A stretch of DNA of 33,930 bases from Bacteroidota bacterium. GTDB taxonomy: Bacteria > Bacteroidota > Bacteroidia > Chitinophagales > LD1. A program made the position numbers and the translations under genes. The notes under the pieces were generated by a model, which saw only the letters and a program-made list of their open reading frames with translations, made no database searches and was not told the origin of the DNA. Where the stretch lies: assembly GCA_028288545.1 (NCBI GenBank), contig JAQBNQ010000293.1, forward strand, positions 1-33,930, read 5' to 3'. Positions within the stretch are counted from its first letter, which is position 1. Every line of letters begins with the position of its first letter. Below are positions 8,773-16,014 of this stretch, one piece after another.

Positions 8773-10164
8773 ATGAAAGGTTACCAAGCAGCAAGGAAAG
8801 AACTTGATAGCAGTCTGAGGTTAAAAGCAGAAGCCGAGGATTTACTTAAGCTATTTCTCACGGCACCCAAAACTGAATTTTACTGCAGTGAAATTCAGTT
8901 TTCATTAGACTTAATGAGAAAAAGGGGGGAATTAAAAGACTGGAGTACAGATATTCTAAAGTTAGAGGGTGGTGACGCCTTCTTTTGCCTCTGGTTTGAA
9001 GAATTAAGGGCTGATTTTTCCTCCGGCTTATCCGAAAACTATAATACCCTTACTTCTTTTTTTGATACGGTCGAAAACAATTTTAGAAGGAAAAACCTCC
9101 AAGGTATCTTGCGTCCATTACTCCTTAAATTTCAGCAATGGTTAATGGTAACATTAAATCAAGACCATGGATGTGACTTCTGTGACTATGCTCTGCAGAT
9201 TAAGAGAGATGACCCAGGTAGAAGCGCCTATAACTTCGCTCGAAATTTTGGAAGAGCGTTACAATTTTTGAATATTTCACCGGAGAGGTTATACCTTATA
9301 ATATCACACCTTAAAGAAGAAATCTATACTGGCGGGAATACCGATGATCATGACATAAAAGAAGGCATTAAAGACTTGGCTAAATCACAACCCAAACAAG
9401 GGGAGGAACTTCTTATATATTTTAGCTCAGTTAAAGCCGGTGACTATGAATCCTTAGTATTTGCGGGCCTTATTGAAAATGGAGGGAGCCATTATCTAGA
9501 TAAAAGTTCAACTAAATACCTACAAAACGACCATCGTACCCTCGCCAATGCACTTTCTTGTCTAAGAATCCTTGACAACGATTTAGTTAGAGGCATTTTC
9601 GCAATAATTGACACCCTCAACCTAAGAGAACCAGATGTTGCTAAATATATCCCGCATATTTATCACAATATTATAGAAGCCAATTCTATAACAGATGAAT
9701 TGAAATCAATAGCATTTCAATCACTTATCGGCTTATGGAGTCTTTCAAAAGATATAAAGCCTAATATACTTTATCAATTAAATTTCATTAGAGATTTCAA
9801 GGAACTAAAATGCTCCTTTCTAATTAAGGCTTTTCAGGATCCTGATATTGAGATAAGTTCAATTAACGGAATGTTCGGTATCGCAGAAGTTGCTACTCCT
9901 GATTTTTTCTATCAGTTAATTGAGGTAATCGCTTATAGGATGAAACTGGGATTCGATACTAGCGCTATCGAAGATATCTTGTATGAATTGATTCAACAGG
10001 ATGAGGGGAAGTTCTCAGAAACTTTAATACGCTTGATGATTCATGACAATGGCTTTGTCCGTTATGCAGGTAGCAGGTTATACACGCATCAACATTCGGG
10101 CGTAAAAAGTTCCTTTTTAAGTATGACATTTTGCAACTTACAGAAGTGGATCAACTTAAATTAA
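8773..10164 (+). CDS. Hypothetical cytoplasmic all-helical protein (island ORF A)
   Basis: 463 aa with an ATG start. There is no signal peptide and no TM segment. The sequence is rich in Leu/Glu/Lys/Ile helical stretches, and I recognise no catalytic motif. Codon usage is AT-rich, unlike the flanks. Confidence 0.75.
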   Translation: MKGYQAARKELDSSLRLKAEAEDLLKLFLTAPKTEFYCSEIQFSLDLMRKRGELKDWSTDILKLEGGDAFFCLWFEELRADFSSGLSENYNTLTSFFDTVENNFRRKNLQGILRPLLLKFQQWLMVTLNQDHGCDFCDYALQIKRDDPGRSAYNFARNFGRALQFLNISPERLYLIISHLKEEIYTGGNTDDHDIKEGIKDLAKSQPKQGEELLIYFSSVKAGDYESLVFAGLIENGGSHYLDKSSTKYLQNDHRTLANALSCLRILDNDLVRGIFAIIDTLNLREPDVAKYIPHIYHNIIEANSITDELKSIAFQSLIGLWSLSKDIKPNILYQLNFIRDFKELKCSFLIKAFQDPDIEISSINGMFGIAEVATPDFFYQLIEVIAYRMKLGFDTSAIEDILYELIQQDEGKFSETLIRLMIHDNGFVRYAGSRLYTHQHSGVKSSFLSMTFCNLQKWINLN

Positions 10165-10748
10165 TTATAGCTGCGCTTACCGAAATGAATCAGCCGGCTG
10201 ATACTTTGCCAAACATTTTGAAATTATTAGATTCAAATTCAGACAAGGTAGTTGCTTATTTGATCCAGAGACTAAAAGAAATGATTGAATCGTTCTTTGA
10301 TAGCGTTTATAAGGAAATGGAAGCAGCCTATGTGCACAAAATCTTCAAAAATAACACCGCGATTAAAAAAGTTAAATCGTACCACGAAGAATTTATTAAA
10401 CATATCGAGCAGAAAGAAGCACTAAATGAATTGAATGCTTGGCAAAATGAGCACACCTTGGTGAGGTACTATACGGAACTTTATCAAAGAAAACAAAATC
10501 GTGTTATTGGGGATGCAATGAATAAAGGTTCCTCCTTTTTGCAACATAGCAATTCCGTAACCTTAGCTAAAAGTGGGGGCTGGAAAATGGAAGGTCGGGA
10601 TGAAATAACACAGCTAAACAACATTAGTAGTTCTTCACTTTTTCCAAGAACTTATTTTATAAAACCGGAATACTTTAATCAAAGTGTTACAAGTAAGTAC
10701 TTAGTTAATTGGGCGCAAATTTTCAAATGGGAGCAAATTCAATTATAG
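10131..10748 (+). CDS. Hypothetical helical protein (island ORF B), possibly the frameshifted C-terminal part of ORF A
   Basis: The ORF-track start at 10131 is TTG and overlaps ORF A by 34 nt. The first in-frame ATG is at 10185 (MNQPADT...), 20 nt after the ORF A stop. The frame is open back to 10074. No motif recognised. Confidence 0.55.
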   Translation: MQLTEVDQLKLIIAALTEMNQPADTLPNILKLLDSNSDKVVAYLIQRLKEMIESFFDSVYKEMEAAYVHKIFKNNTAIKKVKSYHEEFIKHIEQKEALNELNAWQNEHTLVRYYTELYQRKQNRVIGDAMNKGSSFLQHSNSVTLAKSGGWKMEGRDEITQLNNISSSSLFPRTYFIKPEYFNQSVTSKYLVNWAQIFKWEQIQL

Positions 10749-12442
10749 TCAAAGAGTATCTTGAAAGTTTAAAAGAAGATAAGGAACTTGATTATTTGTT
10801 CCCCCTTCTCCTTTCCTTAATGGGCTTTGAGGTTATTACCACCGCAAAAGAATCGAAGGGGCAATCTCAATACGGGAAAGATGTAGTTGCCATCGGGAAA
10901 GATGAAAATGGAAAGACATGGAGGTATTATTTTCAAATAAAGGCAGGAGACGCAAAAGATATTAATGACAGAACATTTAATGATGAAAATGGGATAAGAT
11001 CATCCCTACTTCAAGCTAAGGATACTCTTTTAATTGATTCCACTCGCGTTGACTTTTCCTCTTTACCAATAAAGATAATCCTAGTACACCCCGGAATTCT
11101 AAAAGAAAACTTCCGTCCAGTATTTGAAGGATTTATTAAACAAAATTTCAAAGAGGATGAATTTGAACATTGGAACATATACAAATTGATCTCATTATTC
11201 GAGGAGTATTTATTCAATGAATGTCTTTTAATTGATAACGAGTCCTACAAACTCTTTAAAAAGTTACTGGTTTTATTGGACGCACCCGGGAGCGATTTTA
11301 AAGATATCCATTTACTTCTTGATCATCTTATAAAAAATCATGCCGCTCTTTCCGGTAGAAAATTTCAGAAGTTCTTTGCAAGTTTCCATTTGATCGCAGC
11401 AGTAATATTACAGTTTTCAAAAGAAGCTAATAATTTACACGCTGCACGAGAATGTTTAACCGTATTGTTATTAAAAGTCTGGGCATGGATATTAAGATCG
11501 AAATTAGAGACAGATAAATTTGCGTTAGGAGAGTTTCGAAAACTGCTCAAAATACACTACGATTGCCTTGATCTTTATTTTCACAAGACCTTTTCTATAG
11601 CGGTGTCAAAAAATGGTCTCTTCGCTGAACGTGCTGGTATGTATGAAACCATTGGCTATCCCGTTCGGAGTTTCGAATACCTCAGTTACCTCCTTTATTA
11701 TTTTCACGCAATGCCATATTCATTTGACTTCGAAAGCGCTGTTCCTGGCTTGGATATACCAAAACTTAGAAACACTCAAAAAGAAGCACTAATTTCTCTA
11801 ATATCTTCTAATGATGGTTGTTCAAGACCGCTGATTGACTACCATTCCATTCCAATAGTTATTTTATTTCTATTCTTTGCAGAGGAAGAAATACTAGAAA
11901 CGCATTTAGCGTTTATTGCAAACTACTTAATAAATGTTCTAGATAATATTCTTCTAGTCAAATCAGTAGCTAAAAGGTATCCCATGCTAGGAACCAATCT
12001 AAAAATCCTTGCTGAATATAGCGTCGAAGAAAAAAAGCCAAATGAATATCTTGACAAAACCAGCATTCTTATTCCTACCGTATTTGAACTTATAAGCGTT
12101 ATAAACCACGAGTATGTATATGGTCGTTATAAAAACAAGTTTGATAAAGAGCTAAGTTTACAGATTCCACACCCACTTAAAGGAATGGATTTTGAACAAA
12201 AGATATTTGACGGCTATGCAGATAACGCGTACTATGTTGAAGCATTTGTAGAAGGTTTCCCTGCAACATTAAAGGAGTATCGCGATAAGCTTATAAACTC
12301 AAAAGCAGATCAAATCGCATTTAGAACAGATGCAGCGGGTTTCCCCTTTCTACGTTTATTGGCACATCTTTATTATAAAAACGAGCTTACTCCTTTTGAA
12401 TGGCGGAAATGGTTGAAAAATTCAGGTAGTGCGAATACTTAA
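10727..12442 (+). CDS. Mrr-like PD-(D/E)xK nuclease domain fused to a ~420-aa helical domain of unknown function (island ORF C)
   Basis: The N-terminus aligns by eye to the Mrr_cat restriction-endonuclease core. The elements are helix ELDYLFPLLLSLMGFEV, strand YGKDVVAIG (Asp codon 10880-10882), strand WRYYFQIKAG (Q-x-K, Lys codon 10940-10942), then IKIILVHPG. I prefer the ATG at 10727 over the TTG at 10709 used by the ORF track. The gene overlaps ORF B by 22 nt. Confidence 0.8.
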   Translation: MGANSIIVKEYLESLKEDKELDYLFPLLLSLMGFEVITTAKESKGQSQYGKDVVAIGKDENGKTWRYYFQIKAGDAKDINDRTFNDENGIRSSLLQAKDTLLIDSTRVDFSSLPIKIILVHPGILKENFRPVFEGFIKQNFKEDEFEHWNIYKLISLFEEYLFNECLLIDNESYKLFKKLLVLLDAPGSDFKDIHLLLDHLIKNHAALSGRKFQKFFASFHLIAAVILQFSKEANNLHAARECLTVLLLKVWAWILRSKLETDKFALGEFRKLLKIHYDCLDLYFHKTFSIAVSKNGLFAERAGMYETIGYPVRSFEYLSYLLYYFHAMPYSFDFESAVPGLDIPKLRNTQKEALISLISSNDGCSRPLIDYHSIPIVILFLFFAEEEILETHLAFIANYLINVLDNILLVKSVAKRYPMLGTNLKILAEYSVEEKKPNEYLDKTSILIPTVFELISVINHEYVYGRYKNKFDKELSLQIPHPLKGMDFEQKIFDGYADNAYYVEAFVEGFPATLKEYRDKLINSKADQIAFRTDAAGFPFLRLLAHLYYKNELTPFEWRKWLKNSGSANT

Positions 12443-12538
12443 TTCATATACTCTAACTATGTCCTCCAACGTAAGAACAGGCTAAAATTTGATCCACTTC
12501 CTTATTCCATTGATTGTATCAATAGAACGAACCTGACC

Positions 12539-12952
12539 ATGCCAAACTTCACACACAACTTTTGCGACCCTTTAAAACCCGATGTAATTGAGCTTGGACC
12601 CATAGCGCCTGACAAAATAGTTGGGTTGTTCAATTCCTTTCCTTTTGATGAGCATTTAAAGAAAATGAATGCTGCGAAAAAAGAAGAAATTTGTTATTCC
12701 CCTTCGCTGGCCTTTGAAAATGTACAGACAAAGAGTGGGATATGTATCTCTGTTTTGGGAGAAACTGCGGTAACAGAATATATGATTTTTTACAAGCGCC
12801 CGCGCAATAAAAAATCTTTCTTCGGCCTTGTTGAAAAACTTGTCCCCGATTATTGCACTGACATTACGGTTGAAGAAAAAGAAAAGGCAGTTGCAGCACT
12901 GGAAGCTTTGATAAAAGGTGATACCGATTATTTGGAGAACGCCATTAAGTAA
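12539..12952 (+). CDS. Small hypothetical protein with an acidic C-terminal helix (island ORF D)
   Basis: 137 aa with an ATG start, on the same strand and with the same AT-rich composition as ORFs A-C, 96 nt downstream of ORF C. No signal peptide and no recognised motif. The C-terminus reads EEKEKAVAALEALIKGDTDYLENAIK. Confidence 0.65.
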   Translation: MPNFTHNFCDPLKPDVIELGPIAPDKIVGLFNSFPFDEHLKKMNAAKKEEICYSPSLAFENVQTKSGICISVLGETAVTEYMIFYKRPRNKKSFFGLVEKLVPDYCTDITVEEKEKAVAALEALIKGDTDYLENAIK

Positions 12953-13022
12953 TATTAAAGCTAAACTGCTATTATCTTTTTTGTCAGTACATTTTTTGCC
13001 GCATACCTCCTTGAAATGGGTA

Positions 13023-13045
13023 TTTCTACTTAGAAAATACACTTT
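13023..13045. repeat. Copy 1 of a ~23-nt palindrome-containing motif (tttcta-ct-tagaaaatacacttt)
   Basis: The inverted half-sites tttcta and tagaaa are separated by 2 nt and followed by a(ta)cacttt. It matches copy 2 at 13128-13150 apart from two 2-nt indels and one substitution in the spacer. Confidence 0.6.
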
Positions 13046-13127
13046 AATTTAAAACAAATATGTACGTCTGCAACAAAATGAAAACCAATTCATTGCATTT
13101 TTTATTCAATATGTGCGTTTCTATTTG

Positions 13128-13150
13128 TTTCTATTAATAGAAAACACTTT
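13128..13150. repeat. Copy 2 of the motif (tttcta-ttaa-tagaaaacacttt), containing a perfect 16-nt palindrome
   Basis: tttctattaatagaaa (13128-13143) is its own reverse complement. An extra direct half-site, gtttctatt, sits at 13117-13125, immediately upstream of gtttctatt at 13127-13135. Confidence 0.6.
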
Positions 13151-13178
13151 TTGGTCAAAACAACACAACAGGCATAAA

Positions 13179-13213
13179 AAAACCTCCGCCTAATTTGATC
13201 AGATGGAGGTTTT
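13179..13213 (-). terminator. Rho-independent terminator of the superoxide dismutase gene
   Basis: aaaacctcc (13179-13187) pairs perfectly with ggaggtttt (13205-13213) around a 17-nt loop. On the minus strand the stem runs straight into a T-tract (the plus-strand A-run 13176-13182, part of which lies inside the stem). It lies 31 nt past the sod stop. Confidence 0.7.
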
Positions 13214-13243
13214 ATATCCCTTTTGCAAGATTAAAAGGAGGAC

Positions 13244-13849
13244 TTACTTCGCCGCTGCCAGGTTGGTATTTACTTCTTCCCAATTAATTACATTGTAAAA
13301 AGCGCCGATGTAATCAGGTCTGCGGTTTTGATAGTTGAGGTAGTAAGCATGTTCCCACACATCAAGTCCCAATATTGGAGTGCCTTTAACCTCAGCAACA
13401 TCCATTAGCGGATTATCCTGGTTAGGAGTTGAAGCAATGACCAGTTTTCCGCCACTTGCAATAAGCCATGCCCAGCCTGAACCAAAACGGGTAGTAGCTG
13501 CTTTTGTAAATTCCTCTTTAAACTTATCGTAACTACCGAAAGAACTGTTGATAGCCTCAGCAACTTTGCCGGATGGAGCGCCACCAGCGTTTGGGGCCAT
13601 TATTTTCCAAAAGAAAGAATGGTTCCAGTGCCCGCCTCCGTTATTACGAACAGCCGGTGCAAGTTTTGAGATGTTAGCCAGTATCTCTTCAAGCGATTTG
13701 TTTTCCCACTCGGTACCTGCCACTGCGTTATTTAGATTAGTAACATAAGCCTGGTGATGTTTGTCGTGGTGAATTTCCATTGTCTTTGCGTCAATATGCG
13801 GTTCAAGCGCATTAAACGCATAAGGTAGTGCTGGTAATGTAAATGCCAT
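13244..13849 (-). CDS. sodA: Fe/Mn-family superoxide dismutase
   Basis: 201 aa. The motifs [10 protein letters not shown] and DVWEHAYYL (the metal-ligand D-x-W-E-H signature) are present. Fe versus Mn specificity cannot be told from the sequence. Confidence 0.95.
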   Translation of the reverse strand: MAFTLPALPYAFNALEPHIDAKTMEIHHDKHHQAYVTNLNNAVAGTEWENKSLEEILANISKLAPAVRNNGGGHWNHSFFWKIMAPNAGGAPSGKVAEAINSSFGSYDKFKEEFTKAATTRFGSGWAWLIASGGKLVIASTPNQDNPLMDVAEVKGTPILGLDVWEHAYYLNYQNRRPDYIGAFYNVINWEEVNTNLAAAK

Positions 13850-13956
13850 AGTATTTAGGTTTTAGATTTAAAAATGATGTATTAGAAACAGAGAACGAAT
13901 GTAAAAAGTTTTAAGAAGTTGTGGGGTTCGGCTACGCTCACCCTGACGAGCCATTA

Positions 13957-14400
13957 TCAACCATTTCTCTTCTCTCTAAAAAATTCGGTTAACAGACTGC
14001 CGCATTCGTTTTCCATTATGCCAATGGTTAGCTCCGTTTTTGGGTGTAGTACCTTATTGCTGGTAAGGCTATAGCCGGCTTTAAGGTCGCGGGCTCCGTA
14101 TACCAGGCGCGATATGCGGGCCCATTTTAAGGCGGCAGCGCACATCAGGCAGGGTTCCAGGGTTACGTACAGGGTACATTCCTCCAAAAACTTGCTGCCA
14201 AGATAATTGGAAGCGGCAGTTATGGCTATCATTTCGGCGTGGGCCGTAACGTCTTTCAGTCTTTCGGTTTGGTTATAGCCTTTGCCTATAATGCGGTTAT
14301 TGCATATTACAATGGCCCCCACCGGCACTTCATCCTCTTCATAAGCGTAAACAGCTTCTTTCAAAGCCATTTTCATATAATATTCGTCGGTAAAAAGCAT
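13957..14400 (-). CDS. tadA: tRNA-specific adenosine deaminase
   Basis: 147 aa. The CMP/dCMP-type zinc-binding motifs HAEMIAI and PCLMCAAAL are present, and the size is typical of TadA. Confidence 0.9.
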   Translation of the reverse strand: MLFTDEYYMKMALKEAVYAYEEDEVPVGAIVICNNRIIGKGYNQTERLKDVTAHAEMIAITAASNYLGSKFLEECTLYVTLEPCLMCAAALKWARISRLVYGARDLKAGYSLTSNKVLHPKTELTIGIMENECGSLLTEFFREKRNG

Positions 14401-14402
14401 CG

Positions 14403-15335
14403 CTATTTTTTTCTCAAAATAAATAAATACCCACCCAATGCGGGCAACACAAGATTAATTAACCACACTAACATTACCGAGCAAAGCACGGCAATATTAT
14501 TATCCGTAAAACCTTTAAAAACAAGTAAGGCTATTCCTCCCCTAACACTTATATCCAGCAAAGGCATCATAGGCGAAACAGTTTGCGCCAGCAAAAAAAT
14601 AATGGCATGTACCCACAGCAGCAAAAGCCCTATAAAACCACCACTGATTCCAAAGAAAACCAGGAGCACCACGTACTGCAATGAATAAACCAGGAAGCGA
14701 ATGCCCGACAGCAACAGCACCGCCGATTGGGTACCTATTGCCGGCAAATCTTTATGTTCAATAACAAGGCCATACTTTCTAAGAAAAGACACAGAGGTAA
14801 TAAGCTTGTTCAACAAATCAAATCTAAAATACAGGAACAGGTAAATAGTTGCTGCCCCTAAAACAAGTCCAAACAAAAAGGGAACATCCCTCCAAAAATA
14901 CACCACCGGTATACCAATAAGCAGTGAGGCCGCCGTTTGCGCAAGTCCGCCAATGCTACTGAGATAAAAAACTTTTGCCTTATTGTCATCGTCCAAAAAC
15001 ATGGCCCGGCCAACAAACTCTCCGCTCCTGCCGGGCGTTACAAAACCGATGGTAATGCCGGCAACGATAGATTTTATGAGGTTGCTGAAAGAAGCTTTGG
15101 TCTTTAGAAGCATCCGCCATTTAATAGCTTCAAGCCCCCAATTAACAGGCATCATTAATATCGCCAGTATCAACAGCCAGGCTCTTTCCGGTTTTAAATT
15201 CAGCAGAAAATAACTGTATTGCGTTTTAAAGTCGTTCTTAATGAAAAGCTGATTCGCAATGAACCAGGTCATCAGGATAAACAGAATCAGCTTAAGCACT
15301 AAAAGGATCGGACGTTTCAATTTTAGTTTTATCAA
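14403..15335 (-). CDS. Polytopic inner-membrane protein, UPF0104 / lysylphosphatidylglycerol-synthase-TM-like (flippase-like) family
   Basis: 310 aa with about 8 hydrophobic segments. Its stop is 2 nt from the tadA start, so the two are probably co-transcribed. The family call rests on general resemblance only. Confidence 0.65.
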   Translation of the reverse strand: MIKLKLKRPILLVLKLILFILMTWFIANQLFIKNDFKTQYSYFLLNLKPERAWLLILAILMMPVNWGLEAIKWRMLLKTKASFSNLIKSIVAGITIGFVTPGRSGEFVGRAMFLDDDNKAKVFYLSSIGGLAQTAASLLIGIPVVYFWRDVPFLFGLVLGAATIYLFLYFRFDLLNKLITSVSFLRKYGLVIEHKDLPAIGTQSAVLLLSGIRFLVYSLQYVVLLVFFGISGGFIGLLLLWVHAIIFLLAQTVSPMMPLLDISVRGGIALLVFKGFTDNNIAVLCSVMLVWLINLVLPALGGYLFILRKK

Positions 15336-15403
15336 AGCGAATCTAAGGTCTTTTACAAACGGAAGGGTGGTAGAAAATAATTCCTTCTATATTAGAACAA
15401 GTT

Positions 15404-15961
15404 TTGAGCGACAAAAAAAATATCATACTGGGTATCGACCCCGGAACTATTGTTCTGGGCTATGGCGTTATTGAGATAGAAAAGCAGCAGATCAAGCTTA
15501 TCAGTATGGGTGTTGTTCAGCTTTCAAAATATGAAGATCATCTTGAAAGATTGAAGATAATTTATGAGAAGGTACAAGGACTGATTGAAAATTACCATCC
15601 CTCCTACTGCGCCATTGAAGCCCCGTTTTTTGGTAAAAATGTTCAAAGTATGTTGAAGTTAGGGAGGGCGCAAGGAGTAGCAATCGCCTCAGCCCTTACA
15701 AGCAATGTGGAAGTATTTGAATATTCACCAAAAAAAATAAAGCAGTCTGTAACCGGTAATGGCAATGCCAGTAAAGAACAAGTGGCCTCCATGCTTCAGC
15801 GCCTTTGCAAATTTGAACTGCAACCCAAATTTTTAGATGCTACAGACGGACTTGCCGCAGCAGTGTGCCATCATTTCCAAAATAAAATTCCAACAGCCGC
15901 CGGAAAAAAACATACGGGCTGGACAGACTTTGTCAAACAAAATCCAAAACGGGTAAAGTGA
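15404..15961 (+). CDS. ruvC: Crossover junction endodeoxyribonuclease RuvC
   Basis: 185 aa. It contains ILGIDPGT..GYGVIE (first catalytic Asp), AIEAPFF (Glu) and DATDGLAAAVCH. The start codon is TTG at 15404. Confidence 0.92.
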   Translation: MSDKKNIILGIDPGTIVLGYGVIEIEKQQIKLISMGVVQLSKYEDHLERLKIIYEKVQGLIENYHPSYCAIEAPFFGKNVQSMLKLGRAQGVAIASALTSNVEVFEYSPKKIKQSVTGNGNASKEQVASMLQRLCKFELQPKFLDATDGLAAAVCHHFQNKIPTAAGKKHTGWTDFVKQNPKRVK

Positions 15962-16014
15962 TTTTTCTTCGGAACTTGAACAGAGATTGTTTCCAACTGA
16001 TGGGGAAATCCTGC

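Noticed and set aside
10075-10095. RLYTHQH at the end of ORF A loosely fits the HEPN R-x(4-6)-H motif.
   Set aside because: There is no polar residue after the Arg, no surrounding HEPN-like helical hairpin that I can see, and it lies at the probable frameshift junction. The pattern is too degenerate to count.
10895-10918. ORF C contains GKDENGKT, a literal match to the Walker A consensus GxxxxGK[ST], preceded by the hydrophobic strand DVVAI.
   Set aside because: It sits in the hairpin between the D strand and the Q-x-K strand of the nuclease-like core. It is followed by a beta-like WRYYFQIK rather than the helix expected after a P-loop, and I see no convincing Walker B (hhhhDE). It is most likely coincidental. 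HHpred or a structure prediction would settle it.
12656-13042. A 128-aa minus-strand ORF overlapping ORF D and the AT-rich spacer.
   Set aside because: It is antisense to the better-supported ORF D, its sequence is low-complexity and Phe/Lys-rich as expected from translating AT-rich DNA, and it has no recognisable motif.
14239-14688. A 149-aa plus-strand ORF spanning the junction between tadA and the membrane-protein gene.
   Set aside because: It is antisense to two genes with clear family motifs or a clear TM pattern, so it is a typical shadow ORF.
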